From the NCBI GenBank assembly GCA_030704615.1, contig CM060734.1:62496001-62560000 (forward strand): a stretch of 64,000 bases of DNA, given 5' to 3'. Numbering within the stretch: position 1 is the stretch's first letter; each line of letters starts with the position of its first letter. The notes beneath the pieces are model-generated. The model saw nothing but the letters and a program-made list of their open reading frames with translations. It searched no databases and was not told the origin of the DNA. Position numbers and translations under genes: made by a program. Origin of the DNA: Takakia lepidozioides. Taxonomy: Eukaryota > Plantae > Bryophyta. This document shows, one piece after another, positions 21,401 to 33,386 of this stretch.

Positions 21401-22820
21401 CACGTACGTTTGCGTTTGCAATGCGTGCGCAAGCCTGGCAGCCCTGGAAAAGGGCAAAGAGGTCCATGGTGACATCATCAAAGCTGGAATTGTACCAGAA
21501 GTCACTCTGAACAATACCCTTGTGGACATGTATGCCAAATGTGGATGCATGAAGGACGCAAAGGGAGTGTTCAACAATATGGTTGAACGAGATGTGGTGT
21601 CATGGAGCGCTATGATCGCAGGATATGCACAGCAGGGGTGCGGGATGGAGGCTTTGGAGACCTATGAGCAAATGATGTGGGAAGGGGTGAACCCCAACAA
21701 CATCACATTTGTTTGTGTTTGCAATGCGTGCGCGAGCCTGGCAGCTCTGGGAAAGTGCAGAGAGGTCCACTGTGACATTATCAAAGCTGGAATTGTACCA
21801 GATGTCATTCTTAGTACTGCCCTGGTGGATATGTATGCCAAATGTGGGAGCATTGAGGATGCAGAGAGAGTGTTCAACAACATGGCCAAACGAGATGTGG
21901 TGTCCTGGAATGGGATGATTGCAGGATACACCCAGCATGGTTGTCATAGGAAGGCCGTGCAACTATTTGAAGAAATGCAAATGGAAGGCTTGAAGCCGGA
22001 CAGTATCACCTTTGTATGTGTTCTCTCTGCATGCAGCCATGTTGGCCTACTGGATGAAGGAAGACGCTACTTTGATTCCCTGAGTCAAAGTCATGGTGTC
22101 ACTCCAACAGTGAAGCACTTTGGCTGCATGGTTGACCTTCTTGGACGTGCAGGGCAATTGGATGAGGCAGAGGACCTCATTAATAAAATGCCAATCAAAC
22201 CAGATGCTGTGGTGTGGAAGGCCTTGCTTGGTGCCTGCAGAATGCATGGTAATGTGGAGATGGCTGAACGTGCGGCAACATCTATTCTCAAGTGGGATGA
22301 ACAGGATGCATCAACTTATGTGTTGCTATCAAACATCTATGCCGCAGCTGGCAGGTGGGACGATAGTGCAAAGGTGAGAAAAATGATGAAGGTCAGAGGG
22401 GTTAGAAAGGAGCCAGGTCGCTGCTGCATTGAGGTTGGCAACAGGGTGCACACCTTTGTTGTAGATGACAAATTGCATCCCAAAATTAAGGAAATCCATG
22501 CTGAGTTGAGGAGATTGTCTGGGCAGATGAAGGAGGCAGGGTATGTGCCTGACACGCGCTTTGTATTGCATGATCTGGGGGAGGAGCAAAAGGAATTTTC
22601 TCTTTGCCACCACAGTGAGAAGCTGGCCATTGGTTTTGGGCTGATCAGCACGGCCCCTAGGACGCCTCTCCGTCTCATCAAGAATCTTCGGGTGTGTGGT
22701 GACTGTCACACCTCCACCAAGTTCATCTCAAAGATAGTTGGCCGAGCAATTGTTGTTCGGGACGCTAACCGCTTTCACCACTTTGAAGATGGGGTTTGTT
22801 CTTGTGGGGATTACTGGTGA
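18461..22820 (+). CDS. PLS-class PPR-E-DYW protein (17 PPR motifs) with transit-like peptide and OSB-type PDF motif exons; paralogue 2
   Basis: Terminal exon 20202-22820 begins IHPRGPDFKHKITYDSLWIDSYKKPAW, in frame with ORF 20346; HHSEKLA, KNLRVCGDCH, DYW. Predicted upstream exons: 18461-18677, 18861-18940, 19278-19357, 19521/19547-19680, 19837-19931. Confidence 0.92.
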
Positions 22821-25800
22821 AACAATGTCTCTCTGGAAAGTTGTGAGTGTCTTGCTTCATTCATTGAGCTGTGTAGCTACTCAGTTCATCCAGCATTTCT
22901 TGAGAATATTGACCATGAGGACATTTCCTGTGGCATATCCACAGGAAATGGTAGTGGGATATACCTAGCATAGGAAGTCAGCCCGTAATTGCACTCGACT
23001 GGAGCAGGTAATGAGTGAAGGGGGGATTTTGACTGAGTCTGGTGATAGAGGAAGGAAATTAGAGTGCTGTGCTGATTCTTGTGTGGTTGGTGGAGCTTCT
23101 CCAAAGCTTGAAGATGAGAGTAAACACGATTTGCAATGAGCTTGATTAGAGGGGGAGGCTAGTTCCCAAGTATGGTGAGCATCTTAAATTTGGACATGTT
23201 TGTATGTTAATTGTGGTGCTGCTGCAGATAAAGCCCTTGACTAGCATGAGTGTTGTCGAAAGCTAGCCTTAACCCAACAAGATCAAATCCCATGGTGGCC
23301 ACTTGACAGTTCACATAGTGATTGTAATGGTAATAAGGTATTCTGTTCTTGATTGATGCGGCATGACTTGGATTTGCATGACTCACACTAGAACATCATT
23401 TTGTGTATGTTGGAGTTCAAGGTGGGAACAGAGTCCACCTACTCCACCCACTTCAGAACACAATGCAGCACGAGACCAGATTTGGAAGCATGTATGGAAC
23501 AATAGTAGAGTAGACAATTGTGCGTAGTTTCATGCAACGATGAGTGATACTTCTATGGTCTTGGGAAGCAGGTGCTGATTGTTTGCATGACTCCGTACTT
23601 CAGCTGCTGATCTCAAACAAGCCAAAAGCTCTTCTAAATATCCACTTTGAGAAGAGTTAATCCATGTTCTTTTCTTCTCAATTTCCTGCTTGCAGGAACT
23701 GTTAAATTTCAAATTTGCACCCAAAAAGACTGGATGGAGCTCTTGCCACCATGTCAGTTCAGTTTACATCGATAAAGTTATACCAAACTATGGGAATAAT
23801 GAAAGGAAGACATAAGCAGTTGACTGCTCTTCCTTACGAACCGCTGATGGCATTGTCATCACAAGAACCACTTTGCCTTGCCTTGTAGTGAGCTGAGGTA
23901 TGAGGCCCAACTCTTGTGATAAGGGTGGGATTCTCCTTTCACCAAGTTTTGGGGGATAAGATAGGATCAATAGGTCGAAAACTCTCAAGATTCTCAATTC
24001 ATTACTAGACGTTGACCCAAACACCCCCATTCTTTTCCTGTACATTGCAAAGCTCATTCAACTCCTACAAAATACAACATCAATACAGAACAGAGAACGC
24101 TTTGAGCATACCAGGGATAAAAAGGAAAAAAAACCAGTTGTTTGAGAGACTTCATAGAAAGCCAGCCTAAAAATGATATGTGCTGAGGTGCGACTAGATT
24201 ATTGGATAAAACAGGGGGTTGGTATCCTGTGAGCACGGCATGAGCACAACCCGCAGTCATAGGGGTTAAATGATTTCAAACCGCGGTCATAGGAATTACA
24301 TGTTAACAGGCACGGTGCATATGAGTACCTTCAGATTTATTTTCTCAGTGCGAAAATAACTTTTCAAGGGCTTAAACTGCCGATACTGGAATGAAAACCA
24401 CGATTTTTGTTTTTCTGGGGTTGACCTGCAATGAATAGTCTTTATAACATCGTAACTGTTCGCATAACATGAGGAAACCCCACGCCTATAGGGTAACATG
24501 CTTATCATATAGGGTAACATGCTTATCGTGTATAGGTATTACTTGTTTCTTAAGTGATGCTGTGAGAGCCTACCAGTTAAAAATAGTTTCGCAAAGTTTT
24601 TAGTTTCTCAATTTTAGTTTCGCTGGAGAATATTCGAAAGGCATCTAGGGAATATACTTATTATTCGCTTATGCTCACGTGAGCATGCTCATACGCTACC
24701 CAACCGCGATAAAACACTAGGAAAATACTTTTGTTATCCTAGCAACAACTGCTCTCTCTCTTTCTCTCTCGTTTAGATTAACCGAGGGCATAACACCTAA
24801 CGGAAGATAATAGGAATAATGTAAGAACTTAATGCACGCGTGCAACTTCTGAATAGATGGTACGCCGGTGTCCGGCATGTCAAATCGTCCCCACCCTCTC
24901 TTGAGAGTGAAGGAGTGTCAACTCCAGTCGGGGTTACACGACGAGGTGTGTAACTCCACTCGGGGTTACACAGAATGGAGTGTAACTCCACTCGGTGTAA
25001 CCCACACTTGGCCTCGAAATTTGACTGTCCAAATGTGGCTAAGTATAAAATGGACTAAACCAAGGTTTCATGAGAAACCGGGGTTAGAGAGGGTTACACC
25101 AATTGGAGGGTTACCTGGTCGGGGTTACAATACAATCTCCCATCAAGAATCAAACCCTAAACTTCGGACGCGTGCATTGTCATCACCTTACCATCACGCT
25201 ACCCACCACACCTAGCAACCCGCTTGGATTCTTAAGTATTTAATAGTGAAACCGAGGTAAGAGGGGGTGGGGAGGATTTGACAGCCCCCCCCCCCTCTGG
25301 ACGAGCTTCCCCACCTAACGCATGTCCCTAATTACGGTTTTGGAAATTAGAAATGCATGGGGCAAGTGCCATCGCTAGCTAGAGACCTCCTTAAATGGTT
25401 GGGCTCTCTAATAAACACCACCTACTAGTTCGCTTTTCAAAGTCATAAGTGGTGGCTCTTAATGAGCTCGGTCTCTTTCCCCTACTGTCGCCGTCGAGGA
25501 CAGGGCTCGGGAGACAAGAGGGGCTGCCCCTATGGTGGGGGCAGCTGCAGCAGTGAGAGTGGGGGCTAAATGGCCATTGAGTGCCATACTCAAAGGGTGT
25601 TGGTTTGTGTGCTTCACTGACTAGAAGGAGAGACTTGAACCAGTTTGGGTACCATGTACATACATAAAAGAAATTGTGATTGTTGCAGCAATGGAACAGG
25701 TTCCATCATACTATTGGTATATTAGTTAAAAATAAAAATTTGACCCCGTTAGTCTAAATTCGATCCATTTGTGAAAATTTGATGATAGGGGTGAAGCTCA

Positions 25801-25846
25801 TCCCTGAGAATGTTTAGGGTTACAACCCCACCATCGTGGTTATTTC

Positions 25847-26493
25847 CAGTGTTGGGCGGTTCTCAGGTTTTCGTGAGCTCCTCCGGTGCAGGTTCTTTGC
25901 CAATTGCCCCTTCTTTAGAACCTCCGGAGGCGGTTAAATGGACAAAAGAAAAAATTAAATAACCTGCCGGAGGCCGTTCTTTGATGTTTTAAAAAAACCC
26001 GGTTAAGTTCAATTCCGGTTATTAAAGACCTTTGCATAGGCGGTTTTTTGAACCGGTTCTGGAAGTTCAATATACTTTATAATCGGTAGATAACCGGCAG
26101 TCCTTAAAACGGTTATATTGCGGTCATGTAAATGAACTATTTATAAAATAAAAATTTACATATATTGAAATGATGATTTTTTTTTTCTTAAAGCTGAAAT
26201 AAATGCCAAGCAGGGATTGACCAGCCATGCAAGATGATTAGCCCTAGAAACTGGATCATCCAGATGTTCAATAATGGATATCTTAGTTACCAGATTGGTG
26301 TCACATTAATCTTAGCAAGGGTATATGCTGACATTATTTATTGATAACCGGGTCCTTTTTTAAGGCCATGGCCGGATACCAATAAATAAAAAACCAAACT
26401 TGCTCACCGGTTCTCGAAGCCCGCCGGTTATCTCAACCCCTAGCCTCCGCCGGATCTGTTTATATCCGGTTTTTTTATTTTTGCACCTCCTCC

Positions 26494-26545
<52 letters not shown>

Positions 26546-26600
26546 CCGGTCTAATAACAGGCTGTTATAACCGGCCAAAGTTCATAACCGCCCAACACTG
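25847..26600. mobile_element. hAT-type MITE, 754 bp
   Basis: 15-bp TIR CAGTGTTGGGCGGTT / AACCGCCCAACACTG; 8-bp TSD GTTATTTC at 25839-25846 and 26601-26608; CCGG-rich subterminal repeats. Confidence 0.92.
26496..26544. repeat. (TA)n microsatellite inside the MITE
   Basis: Uninterrupted AT dinucleotide run, longer than in the 17563 copy. Confidence 0.95.
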
Positions 26601-26663
26601 GTTATTTCGTGGTCTTACCTTTTTATAATTGTTGTTGTTTTTCTTGCTCCCCAGGTATAATAA

Positions 26664-27412
26664 CCCTTAATTTCCCAAGCTACCCGAATCGGGTTGCTGT
26701 GAATTTTCACTTCCAACTCATCTCAGCAGCTCCTGAATATTTTTGGACAAGGGACTCGTCTCAAATATGATGCAAAAAAAATATTAAAAAAAACAAAAGT
26801 TCCGACCTACAACAAATATCTAAGATAACTACGTCACATATTGGGCATGTAAAGGGCTTGTTGACTGCAGACGTGGCAGGTAAACAGGCCCAAATTGTAA
26901 ATTAGTAAAGTTAGTAAAATTAATAAAATTGTAAAAACCACTTCAGCTTGTGGTGTGTGAGCATTACATACACACATCCACTGCTGAGTTGTAGAAATTT
27001 TGTAAGTGCTTCATTTGGAGGCACATTTTCCCTTGTCAATAAGTTTGAGATTTTAATCCATATGTAATTACATACAAAGCAACCATAGGTGAAAAACTCA
27101 GTTGGACCTGCAATTTAGAGGGGTTGTAGCCACTCTACTATTGATTTGGAAATGGTGGGTCTTGGGGCAAGCAAAATTGGATAAAGCCACATTTTGACCT
27201 GGTCAAACCTATTTCCTTCCCACTTTTCCATTGGGACCGACCTAAAATTTGAGGTCCGGGCCAATGTTATAATCTCACAATTTCCACTGTGGAATTGGCT
27301 CATTTTTTGATATGTCGTGCATAAATGATCGGCCCACTTCTATATGGCTGGTTTCTATGGATGATGTTTGGTAAGTTTTGTGGGCAATTTAGTGCAGCTG
27401 GGTACCCAAAAT
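26664..27412. mobile_element. Truncated copy of TTAA/CCC MITE family A
   Basis: Left TIR CCCTTAATTTCCCAAGC; body colinear with 43433-44210; no right TIR found. Confidence 0.75.
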
Positions 27413-29464
27413 CAATTTTCGTTTCTTCGGTAAAGCCTGAGCCTAGGCCATTACGTGGTCCTCAGCCCTACATCTAAGGTGCACCTCAAACCATGTAATA
27501 GCCTTGTCTTGAGGCTTTATCCTATATCATTGTCAATATCATCAGAAAATGGTGGATGAAGTGAGTAGCTCCGTAGATCAATGAATAAGCAAGACACTGG
27601 ACCTTTCTAGGAAAACACCATTTCAGCAGTAATTCCCAAAAGAACAAGCAGCTAGTCACGTAATGGCTCCACCCTGATTACAAATTATAGCGCTAGCGGT
27701 CTTGATTTTACTGAATTTTCTTCGAATATTCAGAGCACAACAGTGGTCAGTCAAAAACCAATCAGGGGTATATTACTAACAATCAATGAGTACTGCTTAC
27801 CTCTGCCTTTGTAAATCTGCAAGGCAGTAGATAAATGTAAGGGGACAGATGTGACATTTCTATCTATTTCTGTGAAGGAGCCAGCAACGCCATCTGCATT
27901 TGCTGGGAATCTCTCCCTTGTCTGGAAGTTTTACCATGACCGCAGGTATCCTTTCCTCCACGGTGTTTTATGTCATGCTTGTTTGATGCTGTCCGTCGGC
28001 ACTGACAATAATTAAAAAATAATTTATGTGAAATTTAGAATCAAAATATGTCATGTTTTACCTCGATGGAAAATAATAATAATAAATGAAATGCAAGGAA
28101 CAAATGTGAAAAGATAAAATTGGATGTGATGGAATTGGAAGCATAAATTCGAAGAGAATGGAATTCAATGTGATAAAACTGAAAGGAACTGAATATAATG
28201 GAGCTGAATGGAACTAAATATAATGGAAGTCATTAAAGTTATCCGTTAAGTCCAGGGGATGGATGTGAGTTAGGCCAGTTTGGCCAAAAGACAGGCTGAA
28301 GTGCAATTAAAGGCAGAAAAACAGGGGATTAAAATACAAGGAATGAAAAGAGAGGACCAAACTCAAAATAGCACCAAATGGAGAGCAAAATGAGTTTCAC
28401 CTGCATTTGCTTTTTGGCTTTTTCTGCTGAGACGTCACGCCGACTTAAGGAGAATCAGTTGCGTGGGCCCGTTGCTGCCGTCTTTTGGTAATCTCTTCCC
28501 AAAAACATGCAAAGTGCCTAGGAGAGGTATACTGGGGATATATCAGGGCCAGAAGGGATGGTCACTTAAACGGATAACTTTTTTGTGATAAGACTGAGAG
28601 AAAATCAATATATGAAGTGAGACGTTTGTTTTGTTTTATTTTGTAGATTTGAGATGTCCGAAACCGCAGGTCCCTAGCCTTGGTGCTTGGTACTGTTGGA
28701 AAGCCCTCAACGAGGAGGGGTGCACGGGCTTGGTCTCATGATTTTTGGACCTGAGGTGTGGGAGATGTGGTATTTCAAGTACTTTGGGTCGCTGGAAATT
28801 CCCGAAAAATAGCAAAGTGAGAATTCTTGGGAGCCTCGACAAGAGAGATATCAATGGAAAGGTCTCCGGGTCAAATTGGTCGTAGACTCTGTGGAAAAAA
28901 TTGATGATATGTGACTAAAACAAATTTCAAGTACTTTCAATGGTTGGAGCCTCGACATGAGAGATATCAAGGAAAAGGTCTCCCGTTCAAATCAAGTCGT
29001 AGATTCCGTAAGAAAAACAATGATTAGACTTGGATGACTTAGATGACATTGGACACTTGGGCGAACGGCAGAGGCTACCTTGGAGGTCATACTTGGGCCT
29101 AGACATAAGATACCCACTTGAATGCATAGGAGATTGCACTTGGGCTTAGATGACCATGGACACTTGGGCCAATGACACAGGCTACCCTAGTGAGTATAAT
29201 AGAGCTCAAGGGATAAATCTGAAAGGAATTGAATATAATAGAACTCAAGGGATAACTCTGACTCAGGGAACTGAATATGATGAAATTATAGCACTCACCA
29301 AGTTAGAAATGAATGGGTAACAATAGGCGAATAAGAATCTAGAGTACGCTGAAAATGGCTATTTATTGTGGGAAGGTATAATCTTGATTGACAGATAGGT
29401 ATGAAGTGGGGAAGGTACATCTGAAGAAAACAATCTATGCATGGTCTCTCCTTAGGGAGGAGCT

Positions 29465-29592
29465 AACAAACACCATCTTCAAAGTGGTAAAAGTAAGTGG
29501 TAAAAGAGGTTAGCCGTACAACAAATGCTCAGCCAACAATCTTTGAGATGCACTTGGTGGAGGTGTGGCACTCACCACACACTCCAACATTG
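29465..29592 (-). pseudogene. DYW-domain C-terminal remnant
   Basis: NVGVCGECHTSTKCISKIVG*AFVV...FEDGVC*, closely matching the ends of the two intact PPR genes. Confidence 0.85.
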
Positions 29593-30238
29593 GACCAAGG
29601 GTTCGAAGTTCGAAGACACCAAAAAAAAAGCATAACAGAAAGATAAAAAGTCCATGACACCGCCCCGGCAGGCACCTGCCCCCCTTGCCAACCACCATCT
29701 CTTCTTGTAAGTTGACCCTCATCCTTCCGACCTTCACCTAGGACCCTAAGCAATGCGCTATCTTTAAGAGATTCCATGACATATATTGTATATTCAAGTG
29801 GAATGTGACAGACAGGTGCTGCATTAAACACTAGCTCTCATGAGACATTTGGAGGGGGGGGGGGTGTGTGGGGGGTGTGTGGGTGGTGCGCTGTAATAAA
29901 GCTGTTGAAGTGACAGAATCATCAAGTGTCCTGCGCAAGTGAATTCTTGCCTGAACAGAAACATACAGTTTTCAAGGGGCCTTACACCTATCACCACACA
30001 CTCACCCTGTCATTGCACACCTGGCCTAGCACTTCCTTTCCTGTCCAAGCATGCAGACATTGGAAGAAAGAGAAAGCTCCATAGTATATTGAAAAGGGCC
30101 TTTCTTGGCCATTTTTCCTGAAAGTCCCCTACATTCCTGATCAGAACCATTGAGCAGAGTGGAAGCCAGAAAGACTTGACATTTCCCAAACAGTCAGAGC
30201 TGCACACCATTGATGGCTCAGAAAATCAAAGAGCTTCT

Positions 30239-31361
30239 TCACTCAAATGCCCACTGATTTTCCCGCCTAACTTCCTCTTCTTCCTCGGGCGTGAAGTCAT
30301 TCTTGATGTTGAATGTCTTCCGAATCTCCTCTGGAGTCTTACCTTTAATCATATCAGCAACAGTCTGACAAGTCAAGTCCAGAAGGTGTTTGATATTGAG
30401 ATAGTTTGCTGCCTGTTCACATACAAGACAAACCCCAGTAAGTTCCATACTCTTGAGTAATAACACTTTGGATATGCCCTTCAAGCGCACTTTAAGGCTA
30501 GGTCTAAGAATAAGAGGGACATCACAGTTCGGCCCCCACAATCAGTGCTCGACCAGAGTTAAGAGGAAATAGAGAGGCGTGTAACTCAGTCCATCAACTC
30601 TAAGAAGATTTTCCCTTGACAGTCACCACGGGGAGGGGAGGTTTCTGGTCGGTCAGTACAAACAAACGAAATACATCGTGTAGCGGAATCTGTAAACATC
30701 AAGGCGGCTGACCTCACCCACAAGCCACATACACCCATGTTCAAATCCAAACTCACATAGCAATCTAGGGGTAAGACCTTGTACAGTGTGCAATTCGACA
30801 GCACTACAACTTCGCTACATAGCAACAAGGACACCCAACACCGTAAAACATCTTCCAAACATCCTTCATCTTCTCCGCCACTCAGAACTTTCCTTAAACC
30901 AACTGTGTTTAAGATTCCCGAGAGTACTTAGAAGAACCTCTTCATACTCATGCACCATTTCCGGGTAATGTACAAAGGTGCTCTCGCGGGTCTCCGATTC
31001 ACAGGTCACGTAACGTACGTTCTAACAAGTGCCTATGAAGACCCAACAGAAGAGCACTTACCAAGATTAGATCAAATAGAGTTGCCTGATCAACCTTCAC
31101 GAAGTCTTGATCCCACGCCTTGATTTCATCCTCGGGAGTGGCTGGCTTATCATCACCGGCCTTCTGATTGTCCACGTGATACTTGCAGTACTCAATCACC
31201 TTGGCCAAAATCTTACTGGACACATTCGGCAGAGGGATGGGATGATCCATGCCAGTGTCTTCTATCATGTTCTTCACGGCCTGAGACTCAAAGGCCACGG
31301 CCTCCTCCACCTCAAACATCTCATCATCCGAGCTCTTCAACTTCACCCTCTTCTCCGCCAT
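30239..31361 (-). CDS. SKP1: SKP1-like (ASK) SCF subunit, 157 aa, two exons (31361-31062, 30412-30239)
   Basis: [39 protein letters not shown]|[57 protein letters not shown]; phase-0 GT-AG intron. Confidence 0.97.
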
Positions 31362-31866
31362 GGCAACGCTCCTTCCGCTCCTTGCACCGAAGCCGTGAAC
31401 GCTCTACAACCAAACCCTAGAGCCGCGAATTGTGAGCAGCAGTAGAGTGAGTGCGATGCACGTAAGCAAAGCAATGCGCATGCGAGCCCAGCGAGCGAGC
31501 ACGGGGACGTCGCCAGGGAGACTCACCGGCCCGCCCGGTCTCGCGCTCTTTCGCTCGCGCTCTCGGACCGGGTGGAGCCGGTCTGGAGGCCAGCCACCGG
31601 GGATCACCGGTGGGTTGGGACATGCCATCGGTTGCTAACGACCGACGCACTAACGGCGAGCTAACGGAGAGGAGACTGCGAGGCAATGCAGTGCAGCGAA
31701 GGAGGGCAGGCTTGTTGAAGGAGGAACGGTGAGGGAGAGGTGTTGATCTTTGCCTTGAATTGCCTTCCAAAGCAACTGCTGTATTCCCTGAAGGGCACGG
31801 CAAGCATGATCTAGTTAGTATGAAAGCATGTACATGATGCAGGGAAGCTGTTTTGTGGTATTTCAG

Positions 31867-32168
31867 GGAAAGCGGGTCATGAGTCTGGACATGCGACTGC
31901 TGCTCGCTGGGGTCAAGGAGCGCGGTGACCTGGAGACCGGCTTAAGCAGCCTGGTTGAACAAATACGCACTGAAGGTGGGTAACATTTCTATATTATGTA
32001 GTGATTAGGTCATCTGAACAAACTTGACAAGTGTATGCTGGATTGGAGGAGCATCATAAGGTCCTCTTCACCACCGAGGCACTGGAGTCTGCTGTATATC
32101 TTTAGGCCCCTTACATTGCTGACCAGTTTTTGCCTGACAAGGCAATTGATCTGTTGGATGAGGCTGGG
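31867..32168 (+). pseudogene. Fragments of a plastid Clp/Hsp100 ATPase (ClpD-like)
   Basis: Exon 31867-31975 GKRVMSLDMRLLLAGVKERGDLE. Second block [38 protein letters not shown] has an in-frame stop. The rest of the gene is absent. Confidence 0.8.
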
Positions 32169-32931
32169 TATACTGGGAGGAAATCCGTAGTCGTCAATCC
32201 GCCCATGAAGCCACTAGTGTCGACACCTCGTCAGTTACATGTCCCACTTAAGAGTTACTTGGGCAAAAAACTCTGTAGGAATAAAAGTTTCCATGGAATC
32301 AAGCATAAACAAGGCACAGCTTCTGATAAACTCAACCACTCAAACTTTATGGACCATTTCATATAAAGGAAAGGAAGCTCGAAGTTTCTCAACAAATGCA
32401 ATGGGAAAACAGAACATAGTCATGCTTTCGAATGAGAAAATCCGTAGTATAGTGTTGCTCCCTCAAACAACAAGTGGAAGTACAGATTTTGTCACAGCAG
32501 GCTCAGAGAGCGCTGCAACCACTTTGTTAACAAAGGGCTGGGATGTGGATACTATTCTTTCTTCTGTTGACAATGCCTACTTGGATGCCAGCATGCTGAG
32601 TGATGATGATTTTGAGGTCAGGTACGTCCTTGCGATCTGGTTGTGCCACTTGTTGTCAGACTTGTGTCAGATAAAGTGGTTGCAACTCAAGCAGATGAGG
32701 GACAGACTTGAGCATGGAGAACGTGTATTTACTATTGTTTTATGTAGAAAGATGGGTGTAAAACACAGGCTGAAGTAGAAGAAAGGGCGCGGGTTAATTG
32801 TGTGGGCCTGTTTGCATTGGGTAATAGACCAGTGGTTGTGGGACCCATTGATTACGCAGACTCTCCTGAACTATGAATCTCCCTTAATGTTGTCAGTATC
32901 GCTGATGTCGAAATTGAATGGTGGATTGCAG

Positions 32932-33386
32932 GCATACATGTTCAAATACGATTTTGTCCATGGGCGGTGGACGAAACTTGAAGTTCTTGCAAATGAAGCC
33001 CACGTAGCCAACACAGCCTATCATTTGGTGGCAATCGTGTAGCTGTCTATGGTGTCAAGTAATATACTTGGCATGTCTTCCCTATATCAATTTCATCTGT
33101 TGAGCGACCTGTAACGCATGTTGAAAACTGAATGTATGCAGTATCACAACATAATCATGTGCAACGGTATTTTCCCCATTTGAGGCTCATACTATACTGG
33201 TGGATAATGTAGGTAAGTAGGTCGGTGTGGGGCTCGTCTTTTGTCTTCGGTGGCCTTCTTTTCATTATTTGGACTTCTTAGAGGTTGACTGTGGTGGTGA
33301 TGCAGGGACCCTGCTGACATGGTGCTGGTTTGTAGTTGAAACTACTAGGGTGTTCACCGACAGAAGAAGCTTCTGCTCACCTTAAG
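32932..33386 (+). pseudogene. Two-exon fragment of a GAPC-type GAPDH
   Basis: AYMFKYDFVHGRW...FGGNRVAVYGV (32932-33058) and DPAD...VVETT.VFTD...SAHLK (33306-33386), with GT/AG boundaries and frameshifts. Confidence 0.75.

Noticed and set aside
24879-25282. About 25-bp inverted repeats (TGTCAAATC-TCCCCACCC) related to 40575-40590
   Set aside because: No TSD; more likely two oppositely oriented pieces of a dispersed repeat than a single MITE.
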